A stretch of DNA of 63,979 nucleotides, counting the filler, from an uncultured bacterium (GTDB lineage: Bacteria > CAYJOG01): the NCBI GenBank assembly GCA_964371695.1. It is 6 parts of 6 records of this genome, joined end to end, with 100 filler letters (N's around TTAATTAATTAA, not from the genome) between each part and the next. Parts side by side here need not be neighbours in the genome. Positions count along the whole stretch, not along the records: positions 1 to 11,231 come from CAYJOG010000049.1; 5 more parts are not named here. One strand, written 5' to 3'. The translations under genes and the position numbers were made by a program. Every line of letters begins with the position of its first letter. Position 1 is the first letter of the stretch. Positions 1 through 11,331 of this stretch are shown here, piece by piece. A model generated the notes under the pieces. It did not search any database, had not been told where the DNA came from, and saw nothing but the letters and a program-made list of their open reading frames with translations.

Positions 1-93
1 GGGGAACCGCTGTTCCCCCGGTGGGGGTGCGGGAGCAACGCCCCCGCTTAAACAACAATAGGCAAAAATCTCTTTTGAAAGGTTGAGAAAAAC

Positions 94-912
94 TCAGCCT
101 GTTTTTGGTTTGGCCGGAGGTGGGGTTTCTCCTGGCAGCGGCGGCATCAGGGTTTTGCCTTTGCGGGTGAGTGCCCAGTGCAGCAGCAGGCCGCCCGCAA
201 AAATGGCCACGCTGGCCCACTGGCCTTGTGTGATGGGGCCAATCAGTTTGGCCGAAGCTCCTTCGCGGAAAAACTCCATCAGGCTGCGGGTGAAGGGATA
301 AATCAGCATCCAGGCCACCACCAGTTGACCGTCGTATTTCCGGCGGCTGTAGAACCACAGCAGGAATCCGAAGATGCCCATGTTGGAGAGGAAGTCGTAA
401 AGCTGTGTGGGGTGGCGCAGCATGTTGTCACCCAGCACGGGAAACACCACGCCCCAGGGCGCGGCTGTTTCAAACCCGTAGCAGCAGCCGTTGAAAAAAC
501 ACCCCAGTCGGCCAATGGCGGCCCCCAGCGCCAGAGAGGGCATACACACGTCTCCCAGAGGCCAGAGGGGGATGGATTTTTTACGGGCGTAGAGAATGAC
601 CGCCGCTGCGCCGCCTGCTACGCCGCCCATAAAGGTGAGGCCGCCCTGTGAGAAATCCAGCAGTTGCCGCCAGTCCTTGCTGTATTCCTCAAGGTGCGCC
701 GCGATGTAAAACAGGCGGCTGCCCAGAATGGCCGCCACCACGATGTAGACAATCACGTCATACACCCATTCCGGTTTCACCGCCGTGCGACGGGCCAGGC
801 GGGTGCTCACAATCAGTCCGGCCAGAAACGCCAGCGCCACCATGAAGCCATAGGTGTGGATGACTTTTTCGCCCAGCCAGGGCAGCGGAATGGTGAACAG
901 GTCGGGATACAT
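94..912 (-). CDS. lgt: Prolipoprotein diacylglyceryl transferase
   Basis: MYPDLF..IHTYGFM start, GSRLFY, GGLTFMGG, AIGRLGCFFNGCCYG, HPTQLY and EFFR motifs; multiple TM segments; start set at ATG 912, just after the lspA stop. Confidence 0.95.
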   Translation of the reverse strand: MYPDLFTIPLPWLGEKVIHTYGFMVALAFLAGLIVSTRLARRTAVKPEWVYDVIVYIVVAAILGSRLFYIAAHLEEYSKDWRQLLDFSQGGLTFMGGVAGGAAAVILYARKKSIPLWPLGDVCMPSLALGAAIGRLGCFFNGCCYGFETAAPWGVVFPVLGDNMLRHPTQLYDFLSNMGIFGFLLWFYSRRKYDGQLVVAWMLIYPFTRSLMEFFREGASAKLIGPITQGQWASVAIFAGGLLLHWALTRKGKTLMPPLPGETPPPAKPKTG

Positions 913-913
913 G

Positions 914-1426
914 TCAGGTGGTTTTGGTGTTGGGCGCAGCAGCGCTGGCGGGAGGTGTTTCTTCTGAGGGTTCTTTATAGGTGAGCATGAGCCACATGAA
1001 AAGGGCTGTGCCGCAAACAATCAGCACGTCGGCCACGTTGAAGGTGTACCAGAACTTGAAATCGATGAAATCCCGCACAAAACCCAGCCGCACCCTGTCC
1101 AGCAGGTTGCCCACCGCGCCAGAGGCGATCATGGACGCCGCCACGCGAAAGAGGGGTTTCTTCCAGAACCGCACGGCCCACCAGGCCATGAGGCCAAAGG
1201 CGGTGAGCGTGAGGGCCAGCAAGGGAATTTTTCCGGCGCCCTGAAAAAGGCCAAACACGATGCCCCGGTTTTCCACCGCCTTGAAGCTGAAAAACCCCTT
1301 GATGAAAACGTGTTCTTCGTGGCCCTTCAGCCACTGGCTGAAAATGGCGTGTTTGGTCCACTGGTCCAGCGCCGTCAGGGCAAGCAGGGCCAACAGGACA
1401 GGCAAAAGCGGGCGAAGGTTTTTCAT
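914..1426 (-). CDS. lspA: Lipoprotein signal peptidase II
   Basis: DQWTK, NRGIVFG, GAVGNLLDR, VRDFID and FNVAD motifs. Confidence 0.95.
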   Translation of the reverse strand: MKNLRPLLPVLLALLALTALDQWTKHAIFSQWLKGHEEHVFIKGFFSFKAVENRGIVFGLFQGAGKIPLLALTLTAFGLMAWWAVRFWKKPLFRVAASMIASGAVGNLLDRVRLGFVRDFIDFKFWYTFNVADVLIVCGTALFMWLMLTYKEPSEETPPASAAAPNTKTT

Positions 1427-1435
1427 GCAAATGGC

Positions 1436-2875
1436 CTAAAACCGGATGCCCACCCACACCGCGCCAATACAAAGCCCCAAAAAGGCAACCAGCCACACCG
1501 GCAGCAGGCTTTGTTTGAGCAGGTCGTTCACGTCCACCTTGAGATAATTGGCCACCCACACGTTGTGGGTGTTGGTGGGGTCGCAGGCCCCTTGCACCTG
1601 ACCGGCGGAAAGAAACAGCACCACCACGCCCAGAGCGGGCTCAATCAGGCCGGTGGAGGCGATGACGGCAAACAGGCCCGCCCCCATGCCCCACATGTTG
1701 AAGGGGCCGCGATAAAGGCTCAGCGGCGGGGCCAACAGGCCGAACACCAGCATGAACATGACCAGATTGCTGGGGAAGATGCGGTCCAGCGTTTTGACCA
1801 TGGGGTCTTTCACCATGGGGTCCATGGCCACCATCAGCAACATGCCGATGCCCATGATGAGCACCAGCACCGGCGCCATGGCCTGCACGCCTTCCAGCAC
1901 GCTGGCCACCAGATTTTTGAGGTGTCCGGGGCGGTAAGTGGCCACAAAACCAAAGCCGATGCTCAAAAGAAACGCCATGGGCGGCGGAATGGCCATCCAC
2001 CACGGCGCGGGCGCGGGGGCGTAACCCAGCTTTTGCAGCAACAACGGCAGGCCGATGATGAGAATGGGCAGCACAGGTGTGAAATAGGCCAGCGGCCCCA
2101 GCAGCCAGGTTTCGCCGTCAGCCTTGGGCAGGGCCACCTGGGCGAAATAACGGGTCTCGCGGCGGCGGGTCTCCCAGAACAACATGCCCACCATGGCCAC
2201 GTTTGCAATCACAAACAGCAAAATGCCAAAGGGCATGATTTGTCCGGCGGTGAGGTGCAGGGTGGGTTCGTTGAGGTACAGCCCCCAGTTGGCGATGTTA
2301 AGAATGCCGCCAAAACTGAGCGCCATGAGAAACAGCACCCCTGCCCCCAGGGGGCGAAAGCCGGTGCTGAGCAGCACGGGCAATATCACGCTGCCCACCA
2401 TGATGATGCTGCCCAGGCCCCCCAGCACGGTGAACAGCAATTCGCTCACGCCGCACAGCACCAAGCCAATGAGAAACGGTTTTTCGCCGCCCAGTTCTGC
2501 GGCGGCCACCACCACGCGTTTGGTGATGCCGGAGCGGTTCACCAGTTCCGCCAGCACACCGCCCAGCATCATGAGCACCATGTGGCCAGACAGGCGCGCC
2601 GCGCCATCGGTCACCACGGTGGCCATGATTTTGGGGGGATCAAAACCGGCGGTGACCGCAAAGGTGAGGGCCATCAGCGGCAGCGCCAGCAGGGCGGGCA
2701 ACAGGCGCGTCATCATCACGCCCGCATAGGCCAAAAACACCAACAAAAGCAACAGGGGCAAAAAACGCGGGTCCATCCACACATGGGCCATGTGCAGCAG
2801 CCACACGCCCAGTCCAGCGCCCAACAGGACCAGCACCGGCACAAGCCGGCCCTTCGCCCCGGCTGCCGCCGTCAA
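1436..2875 (-). CDS. Ion-transporter superfamily permease (GntP/citrate-transporter-like)
   Basis: 12 or more hydrophobic segments, DPTNTHNVWVA motif near the C-terminus; TTG start overlaps the stop of the upstream B12-binding gene. Confidence 0.65.
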   Translation of the reverse strand: MTAAAGAKGRLVPVLVLLGAGLGVWLLHMAHVWMDPRFLPLLLLLVFLAYAGVMMTRLLPALLALPLMALTFAVTAGFDPPKIMATVVTDGAARLSGHMVLMMLGGVLAELVNRSGITKRVVVAAAELGGEKPFLIGLVLCGVSELLFTVLGGLGSIIMVGSVILPVLLSTGFRPLGAGVLFLMALSFGGILNIANWGLYLNEPTLHLTAGQIMPFGILLFVIANVAMVGMLFWETRRRETRYFAQVALPKADGETWLLGPLAYFTPVLPILIIGLPLLLQKLGYAPAPAPWWMAIPPPMAFLLSIGFGFVATYRPGHLKNLVASVLEGVQAMAPVLVLIMGIGMLLMVAMDPMVKDPMVKTLDRIFPSNLVMFMLVFGLLAPPLSLYRGPFNMWGMGAGLFAVIASTGLIEPALGVVVLFLSAGQVQGACDPTNTHNVWVANYLKVDVNDLLKQSLLPVWLVAFLGLCIGAVWVGIRF

Positions 2876-3396
2876 ACTCTGGCCTCCTGGGCCATGCGGG
2901 TGACGAAAGCGACGATTTCATCGGTGGTGGCGCCGGGGGTGAACAGTTCGCGCACCCCCAGGGCTTTCAGTGCATTGATGTCGTCGTCCATCATGATGCC
3001 GCCGCCGATCACCTGAATGTTGGTGGCATTTTTCTTTTTGAGCAGATTCAGCACCCGGCGGAACAATACCATGTGCGCGCCGCTGAGCACGCTCAGGCCG
3101 ATCACGTCCACGTCCTCCTGCAGGGCGATGCTCACCACCATTTCGGGGGTCTGGTGCAGGCCGCCATACACCACGTCAAACCCGGCGTCGCGCAGGCAGC
3201 GGGCGATGATTTTGGCCCCCCTGTCGTGGCCGTCCAACCCCGCCTTGGCCACCAGCACCTTGAAGGTGCGCCGGGGCTGCGCCACCGCTGCGCCAGCGGC
3301 TTTGGCGGCGCGTGGGGGCGCTTTGGGGGTTTTTGCGCCAGCGGTTTTTTTGGGACTCGCGGTGGGTGTTCGGGTCTGGGTTTTAGCGGTGGACAT
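2872..3396 (-). CDS. icmB: Cobalamin-binding small subunit of acyl-CoA mutase (IcmB/MutB C-terminal type)
   Basis: AKAGLDGHDRG (DxHxxG), GLSVLSGAH, IGGG; coupled to the large subunit; low-complexity N-terminal tail. Confidence 0.8.
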   Translation of the reverse strand: MSTAKTQTRTPTASPKKTAGAKTPKAPPRAAKAAGAAVAQPRRTFKVLVAKAGLDGHDRGAKIIARCLRDAGFDVVYGGLHQTPEMVVSIALQEDVDVIGLSVLSGAHMVLFRRVLNLLKKKNATNIQVIGGGIMMDDDINALKALGVRELFTPGATTDEIVAFVTRMAQEARV

Positions 3397-4970
3397 CAGA
3401 ACTGGCTGGCCTCCCGATAGGTTCCATAAACTTCCTTCAGTTCGTCCACCATTTCTCCCAGCGTGGCCAGCGCATCGGCGGCCTCCAGCAGGGCGGGCAT
3501 GATGTTTTTATTTTTTCGGGCGGCGTCTTTGAGTGAACGCAGTTTGCGTGAAACGTCGGTGTTGTCGCGCAACCGCCGCACACGCCGCACCTTGCGCCGC
3601 TGGGCGTCTTCGGTTTTTTGCGTGATGCGCAACAGGTCAATGTCCAGGGTTTCATCTGGCTCTACAAAATCGGTCACACCCACCACGTGGCGTTTGCCCT
3701 CTTCGAGTTCCTTTTGATAGGTGTAACTGGCCTGGGCGATTTCCCGTTGAAAAAAACCATCCCACACACCATTGATGACGCCACCCATTTTGTCGATTTT
3801 CTGGAAATATTTTTCGGCCTCGGCTTCCATGCGGTCGGTGAGTTCTTCGATGAAATAACTGCCTCCCAGGGGGTCGGCCACCACCGGCAGGCCGGTTTCA
3901 TAAGCCAGAATCTGCTGGGTGCGCAGGCTGATTTTGGCGGCTTTTTCGGAGGGGAGCGCCAGCACTTCGTCCATGCTGTTCACGTGCAGGCTCTGGGTGC
4001 CCCCCAACACGGCGGCCATGGCTTCATAGGCGCTGCGGATGATGTTGTTTTCGGGTTGCTGCGCCGTGAGGGAACACCCGGCGGTCTGGGTGTGGAACTT
4101 CACTTTCATGGAGCGTTCGTCTTTGGCGCCGTATTTTTCTTTAAGCCGTTTGGCCCAGATGCGCCGGGCGGCGCGGAACTTGGCGATCTCCTCGAAGAAA
4201 TCGATGTGGCTGTTCCAGAAGAAACTCAGGCGCGGGGCAAAGTCGTCCACGTTCAGGCCGCGGGCCATGGCGTCTTCGACATAGGTGAAACCATCGGCCA
4301 GGGTAAACGCCAGTTCCTGCACCGCGCTGGAGCCAGCCTCGCGGATGTGGTAACCACTGATGGAAATGGTGTTCCACCTGGGCATGTGTTTGGTGCAGAA
4401 CTCCACGGTGTCGGTGACGATTTTCAGGCTGGGTTCGGGGGGATACACCCATTCCTTCTGGGCGATGAACTCCTTGCGCATGTCGTTCTGCAAAGTGCCG
4501 CCCAGTTGCTTCATGCTGTAGCCCTGTTTCTTGGCGGCCAGAATGTAGAACGCCAGCACCATGGCGGCGGGTGCGTTGATGGTCATGCTGGTGGTGATGT
4601 CCCCCAGGGGAATGCCCTCGAACAGGTCCAGCATGTCCACCAGACTGGCCACCGCCACGCCACACTTGCCCACCTCGCCTTCGCTGAATGGGCTGTCGCT
4701 GTCCAGGCCCATGAGGGTGGGCATGTCAAAGGCCACCGAAAGCCCCATCTGCCCCTGCGAGAGCAGATATTTGTAACGCTGGTTGGTGTCTTTGGCGCTG
4801 CCAAAACCGGCAAACTGGCGGAATGTCCATAGTTTGTCGCGGTAAAGGGTGCGGTGAATGGACCGCGTGAAGGGATATTCCCCCGGGGCTTCTGGTTTGC
4901 GCGCCTTTTTGGCCGGGCCATAGCTGACATCCAGCGGCAGCCCCGACAGGGTGAACGGATGCGGTTTCAT
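3396..4970 (-). CDS. icmA: B12-dependent acyl-CoA mutase large subunit, isobutyryl-CoA mutase type
   Basis: PGEYPFTR, WTFRQFAGFG, TLQNDMRKEFIAQKEW, ISISGYHIREAG, HTQTAG; ATG at 4970 (the longer ORF extension is repeat DNA). Confidence 0.8.
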   Translation of the reverse strand: MKPHPFTLSGLPLDVSYGPAKKARKPEAPGEYPFTRSIHRTLYRDKLWTFRQFAGFGSAKDTNQRYKYLLSQGQMGLSVAFDMPTLMGLDSDSPFSEGEVGKCGVAVASLVDMLDLFEGIPLGDITTSMTINAPAAMVLAFYILAAKKQGYSMKQLGGTLQNDMRKEFIAQKEWVYPPEPSLKIVTDTVEFCTKHMPRWNTISISGYHIREAGSSAVQELAFTLADGFTYVEDAMARGLNVDDFAPRLSFFWNSHIDFFEEIAKFRAARRIWAKRLKEKYGAKDERSMKVKFHTQTAGCSLTAQQPENNIIRSAYEAMAAVLGGTQSLHVNSMDEVLALPSEKAAKISLRTQQILAYETGLPVVADPLGGSYFIEELTDRMEAEAEKYFQKIDKMGGVINGVWDGFFQREIAQASYTYQKELEEGKRHVVGVTDFVEPDETLDIDLLRITQKTEDAQRRKVRRVRRLRDNTDVSRKLRSLKDAARKNKNIMPALLEAADALATLGEMVDELKEVYGTYREASQF

Positions 4971-4982
4971 GCACCGATGATA

Positions 4983-5172
4983 ATACCAATTCACACGCAA
5001 AACAGCCGTTACTCTCCTCCATCGACTTAAAGAAAAAAGGCCGGTGCGAAGAAATGGGGGTGGTGTGAATTGGTATGAATTCATGGATGAATTCACCCCG
5101 AACACCGAGGCGTTACAAGCGCCGCAGGTGTTCGCGGCGCAAGCAGGCTTTGCCTGCGCCGCGCCGGGCCGG
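4983..5172 (+). repeat. Five-hairpin repeat element, ATACCAATTC-arm variant, truncated near the internal gap
   Basis: ATACCAATTCACAC...GTGTGAATTGGTAT arm, then GAATTCATGGATGAATTC, CGAACACC..GGTGTTCG and GCAGGCTTTGCCTGC; near-identical to the reverse complement of 38410-38516. Confidence 0.85.
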
Positions 5173-5270
5173 GCGGGGGAGCGAGAAAACGCCCGCCCCA
5201 AAAAAACAAAAAAAAAAAAACCNNNNNNNNNNCGTCAAGCTTTGAACCTGCGAAAGGAAACCCCTTTGCC

Positions 5271-6071
5271 ATGAATTGTCCTGCCTGCGGCGCGCCGCTG
5301 AAAAACCCCACCGTCACCTTTTGTTCAAAGTGTGGTCACAAATTGCCGCCACTGGCCCCGCCAGAGGAATTTCAGGCCCCGCCCGAGCCGGTGGAAATCA
5401 ACCGCACCGATACCCCGGCCCACGAATTCCGTGGCCCCAAACCGCCCCCCATTCCGCTGCTGGAACAGGAACAGGCCAACTTGCCCAGCCCCGGCCCCCA
5501 TGCGCTTTCTGGCGCGCCGGTGTGGCGCTGCCGTGAGCGGGTGTGGACCATCCGGGACCGTTACGACGTGAAGGACCAGTCCGGCAATGTGCTGTTTACC
5601 GTGGTGGGGCGCATTGTGCAGATTTTCCCGAAGGTACAGTTTTTTCTGCCCCACAACCCTCACACGCCGTGGCTTACGCTGGCCTGGCGCTGGCGGGGAC
5701 TGGCGTCGTTGTTCAACAGCCATTACGTGCTCACCCAGCCCGGCGGCGAAGAGGTCGCGGTGTTCAAAAAAAGCCTGATTCTGGACGTGATCATCAGCCG
5801 TTGGCATCTGCTGGACCCGGACGGCCGCGAGTTTGGCATGGCAGAGGAAGAAAGCCTTATCAAGGCTCTCATGAACCGCTTTGTGGCCAAGATGTTTCGC
5901 AGCAATTTCAACATCTTTTTTGACGGCCAGCCCGCCGCCCGGTTTGTGCGCAACTGGACGCTGTTTGACAGCTACACCATGCAGCTTGGGCAGGGCGCGA
6001 ACCTGGACGACCTGCAGGCGGCGTCTCTGGCGTCTCTGGTTGTGGTGCTGGACAAAGGACAACGACGATGA
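5271..6071 (+). CDS. Double zinc-ribbon plus LURP-one/scramblase-like (Tubby C-like) domain protein
   Basis: CPACG..FCSKCG N-terminus, Pro-rich linker, beta-rich domain starting IRDRYDVKDQSGNVLF. Confidence 0.65.
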   Translation: MNCPACGAPLKNPTVTFCSKCGHKLPPLAPPEEFQAPPEPVEINRTDTPAHEFRGPKPPPIPLLEQEQANLPSPGPHALSGAPVWRCRERVWTIRDRYDVKDQSGNVLFTVVGRIVQIFPKVQFFLPHNPHTPWLTLAWRWRGLASLFNSHYVLTQPGGEEVAVFKKSLILDVIISRWHLLDPDGREFGMAEEESLIKALMNRFVAKMFRSNFNIFFDGQPAARFVRNWTLFDSYTMQLGQGANLDDLQAASLASLVVVLDKGQRR

Positions 6072-6508
6072 GCGAAGCCCCCTTTCTCACCCATGTCCAG
6101 GTGCGGTTCCGCGACATGGACGCCATGGGTCACCTGAACAACGCCGTCTACGTCACCTATCTTGAGATGTGCCGCGTGGCTTATTGGCGCGACCGCTTTG
6201 GCCCGGATTCCACACGCACCTTTGACGTGATCATCGGCGAAATTCGCCTGCGTTATCTGCTGCCGCTGGAGTTGCAGGAAGAAACCGTGCTGGTGGTGAT
6301 GGGTTGCTCGCGCCTGGGCAACAAGAGTTTTGACATGGCCTATGAAATCCGCTCCAAAGACCATCAAAAGGTTTTTGCTCAGGCTGTGAGCACACAGGTG
6401 GGGTTTGATTATGCCGCGCAAAAAAGCGCGCCGCTGGGTGAGGTGTTTCGTCATCACCTGACACAGGACGCCTGGACACCGGCATGGCTGAAACCCGTCG
6501 GAGGCTGA
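6068..6508 (+). CDS. Acyl-CoA thioesterase (4HBT/YbgC hotdog fold)
   Basis: VRFRDMDAMGHLNNAVYVTYLE motif. Confidence 0.9.
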   Translation: MSEAPFLTHVQVRFRDMDAMGHLNNAVYVTYLEMCRVAYWRDRFGPDSTRTFDVIIGEIRLRYLLPLELQEETVLVVMGCSRLGNKSFDMAYEIRSKDHQKVFAQAVSTQVGFDYAAQKSAPLGEVFRHHLTQDAWTPAWLKPVGG

Positions 6509-6509
6509 G

Positions 6510-7994
6510 TTGAATCAAACCACCGCCGCCCCATTCGCGCCCCGGCCCCTGTCGGTATTGCAGGTCAACAAAATGGTCAAGGGGGCGCTGGAGCAGGTGC
6601 TGCCGCCGCGCTTTTGGGTGACGGGTGAACTGATGGGTTATGACCGCAACAAACACAGGCAGCATCTTTATTTCGACCTGGTGGACAAAGACCCGGACAC
6701 AGAAAAAATCGCCGCCCGGCTGGGGGCCGTGATTTTTGCGGGGCGCAAAATCCCCCTGTTCAACAAGTTGCAACAGGCCCGCGCCGGTGAACTGACAGAC
6801 GGTGTGCGGGTGTGCCTGATGGGCCACCTGGACATGTATTTGCCCAGCGGCCAGATACAACTGATTGTCGAGGACATCGACCCCACTTTCACGCTGGGCG
6901 ACCTGCTGCGCCAGCGCAGGATTTTGCTGGAGAAACTCACCGCCGAGGGCCTGCTGAACCGGAACAAGGCCGTGCCCCTTTCGCGGCTGCCGCTGAAGGT
7001 GGGCCTCATCAGCAGCGTGGGCAGCGCGGCTTATGAAGATTTCACGGGCACGTTGTTGCGATGTGGTTATCCCTTTCGTGTGCTGGCGGTGGACGCCCGG
7101 ATGCAGGGGGCGGACACACAACGGGACGTGACCGCCGCACTGCGCCGACTGGGCCAGCCGGACCTGGGGCTGGACGCCATTGTGATTTGCCGGGGCGGCG
7201 GGGGTCAGGCCGATTTGAGCTGGTTCGATCACGAGGCCATCGCCCGCGCCATCACGGCCTGCCCCCTGCCGGTGATCACGGGCATCGGCCACACCACTGA
7301 TCAGAGCGTGGCCGATCAGGTGGCGTTCCACGCCGCCGTCACGCCCACCGATGCAGCGGGTTTTCTGGCTGGGCGCGCAGCGGATTTTGACCAGTGGCTG
7401 ACGGAAAAAAGCCACGGCCTTCAACGGTTTGCGCTTATGACGATGAAAAATGCTCAGGAACAACAGGCCCAAAATACCCGGCGGCTGGCCCTGCGCACTC
7501 TTCAGGTTTTGCGTGAACACGAAAATCATTTGCCCGACCTGAATCGCCGACTTCACCTCACCACCAGCCACGGGCTTCAGCGCAGACAAAACACTCTGCA
7601 CCGGGCGAGTCAGCAAATCGCCAGTCTGGCCAGCCAAAAGATGCTGCTCAAAAACGATTTTTTGCAGCGGACGCCGGAACACCTGAATAGAGCCACCCAT
7701 CGGTTTCTTTTGAAAGAAAAAGAATGGTTGCCCGCCAGTGGCCTGTTTCTGAAAACACAACAACAACTCAAACACCGGAGGGTGACCCTGTCCCACCTCG
7801 CCCAACTGGTGGCCGCCCACGATCCGCAAAAACGCCTGGGTCAGGGTTATGCCCTGTTGCACGACAAAAAAGGCCGCCTGCTGAAAACCCGCAGGGATCT
7901 GCAATCCACGCCGCTGGTGGTGGCCACGGTAAGCGACGGAACCGTGACCCTCCGGCCAGAAAACCGCGCGGGTCTGTTTGATGAGGAACCCTGA
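6510..7994 (+). CDS. xseA: Exodeoxyribonuclease VII large subunit
   Basis: LSVLQVN, WVTGE, HLYFDL, RGGGG..DLSWFD, PVITGIGHTTD, TPTDAA, GYA. Confidence 0.95.
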   Translation: MNQTTAAPFAPRPLSVLQVNKMVKGALEQVLPPRFWVTGELMGYDRNKHRQHLYFDLVDKDPDTEKIAARLGAVIFAGRKIPLFNKLQQARAGELTDGVRVCLMGHLDMYLPSGQIQLIVEDIDPTFTLGDLLRQRRILLEKLTAEGLLNRNKAVPLSRLPLKVGLISSVGSAAYEDFTGTLLRCGYPFRVLAVDARMQGADTQRDVTAALRRLGQPDLGLDAIVICRGGGGQADLSWFDHEAIARAITACPLPVITGIGHTTDQSVADQVAFHAAVTPTDAAGFLAGRAADFDQWLTEKSHGLQRFALMTMKNAQEQQAQNTRRLALRTLQVLREHENHLPDLNRRLHLTTSHGLQRRQNTLHRASQQIASLASQKMLLKNDFLQRTPEHLNRATHRFLLKEKEWLPASGLFLKTQQQLKHRRVTLSHLAQLVAAHDPQKRLGQGYALLHDKKGRLLKTRRDLQSTPLVVATVSDGTVTLRPENRAGLFDEEP

Positions 7995-8059
7995 TTTTGA
8001 CTGGCGGCGACGTGCTTACCGCTCTAGCATCTAGCCCCAAGAGTGGCGGAACATGGCGC

Positions 8060-8329
8060 ATGGCCAAAAAATCAGCAAAACCCAACTATGAAGAAGCCGT
8101 CGCCCGCGTGGAGGCGCTGATTCGCGCCATCGAGCAGGAGGAAATCGGCGTGGATGACCTGGCCGGTGCGGTGAAAGAAGCCGTGGGCCTCATCAAGGGC
8201 TGTCAGGAAGTGCTGAACCAGACTCAGGCTGAAGTGACACAACTTTTGTCGGCCCTGCAGGAGCCGGGCAAAAACAAACCGGAAAGCCCTGCGCCCCAAT
8301 CGACAGAGGAGGAAGAAGACGGGTTCTGA
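8060..8329 (+). CDS. xseB: Exodeoxyribonuclease VII small subunit
   Basis: YEEAVARVEALI..IE..DDL..VKEAVGLIKGC; follows xseA. Confidence 0.9.
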   Translation: MAKKSAKPNYEEAVARVEALIRAIEQEEIGVDDLAGAVKEAVGLIKGCQEVLNQTQAEVTQLLSALQEPGKNKPESPAPQSTEEEEDGF

Positions 8330-10215
<1,886 letters not shown>

Positions 10216-10217
10216 AC

Positions 10218-11036
10218 TCAGCGCACCTTCTCCAGCAGTTCGCGGATGCGCCGGGCACTGATGAAATGGGCTTTGCGGATAAACCGTGTCGGCTCGGCAT
10301 AACCAGAAACCTTTGAATCCGTGCCGGCTTCTTCATAGGACCGCACCAGAATGCCTACCACCTCTGCGGCACTGTTCAGCAGCGGAAAACCGGAAGCGTT
10401 TTTCAAATCCAGCGAGGACGGAAGTTCCCCCAGCAGGCCATAGGGCGTGATGGCCAGCACGGTGGCGTCGTACATGGCGGGGGCCTGTTTTTCGAGAGAA
10501 CCTCCCCCACCCCAGGCCATGAGGAAGTAGTGCTCCTTGGGATTGGGATCGCCGATGGCCAGCACCAGTTTGGGAATTTCTTCCCGCGTCTTCACCCGCG
10601 CCGCCAGCAAATCCTGGGACACGTCCAGGCGGCTGCCCGCCGCGTCGGCCTCGCTGCGCAGGGTAGTGAGAGATCCCAAAGATTCCGGGCTGCCCGCTGT
10701 GCCGCCTGCGGTGTCCACGCTGGTGCTCAGTTCAATGTCCGCCACCACCGCCGCCGCGTCAAAGCCTGTCATTTCGATTTTGCCCGGATAAAACCGGGCG
10801 AAATTGCTCATGGCCGTGATCATCACGCCCTCTTGCCGCCCCCAGTGAACCACCACCGCGCCCCCCCCTGCCACAGCGGCCCCATTGGTAAGGCGAAACA
10901 CCGGATAAACCAGGGCGGCGGCCCCCGGCTTGGGCGCGTTCACGCCCCCGGCCCGCTGAAATATCGGCTTGGCCCGGCACCCCGTCAGGAATATTCCCAG
11001 GGCCATCCATAACAGAAAGGAATAACGGAACCGCAT
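10218..11036 (-). CDS. Lipoprotein with a degenerate trypsin-like protease fold
   Basis: Lipobox FLTG-C; ASGFPLLNSAAEVVGI resembles the GxSGxP..G.VVGI serine motif. Confidence 0.55.
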   Translation of the reverse strand: MRFRYSFLLWMALGIFLTGCRAKPIFQRAGGVNAPKPGAAALVYPVFRLTNGAAVAGGGAVVVHWGRQEGVMITAMSNFARFYPGKIEMTGFDAAAVVADIELSTSVDTAGGTAGSPESLGSLTTLRSEADAAGSRLDVSQDLLAARVKTREEIPKLVLAIGDPNPKEHYFLMAWGGGGSLEKQAPAMYDATVLAITPYGLLGELPSSLDLKNASGFPLLNSAAEVVGILVRSYEEAGTDSKVSGYAEPTRFIRKAHFISARRIRELLEKVR

Positions 11037-11141
11037 CAGAACCATTGTACCTTCCGCCAGCATGACCTCTGGCGTTACCCCAATCGGCCCACTACACTTC
11101 CGCACCAGCCGACCGGCCATCAGGGTCAAGAGGAGGCAACT

Positions 11142-11231
11142 TTGCCACCCACACGTTCCAAAGCCAACAGCAAACCCAAACCCACCGCACCCCCAAAAAC
11201 ACGGGTGCTGCTGAAACTTTCTGGCGAGAGC
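11142..11231 (+). CDS. pyrH: UMP kinase, 5' fragment truncated by the contig end
   Basis: AGGAGG RBS, TTG start, translates to ...TRVLLKLSGES, the PyrH N-terminal motif; not in the ORF track. Confidence 0.8.
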
Positions 11232-11331
11232 NNNNNNNNNNNNNNNNNNNNNNNNNNNNNNNNNNNNNNNNNNNNTTAATTAATTAANNNNNNNNNNNNN
11301 NNNNNNNNNNNNNNNNNNNNNNNNNNNNNNN
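11232..11331. other. Artificial contig linker (also 22512-22611, 33763-33862, 44964-45063, 56114-56213)
   Basis: Identical N44-TTAATTAATTAA-N44 spacers with stops in all six frames; genes are truncated on both sides; contig lengths decrease in order. Confidence 0.98.

Noticed and set aside
1310-3016. Long antisense or alternate-frame ORFs (also 18891-20738, 38557-40158, 41295-42941, 61214-63559)
   Set aside because: Shadow ORFs opposite well-supported genes, as expected in GC-rich DNA; no motifs.
4971-5201. N-terminal extension of the mutase, and small ORFs sharing SSMNSYQF or KSRRDF peptides (38289, 17106, 22617 extension)
   Set aside because: Translations of the repeat element; better starts exist downstream.
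5199-5232. Poly-A tract as a phase-variation site
   Set aside because: Adjacent to a 10-N scaffold gap; probably low-quality sequence.
11232-11331. Regularly spaced TTAATTAATTAA palindromes about every 11 kb
   Set aside because: Artificial six-frame-stop linkers between length-sorted contigs; not biological, and cross-linker synteny was not interpreted.
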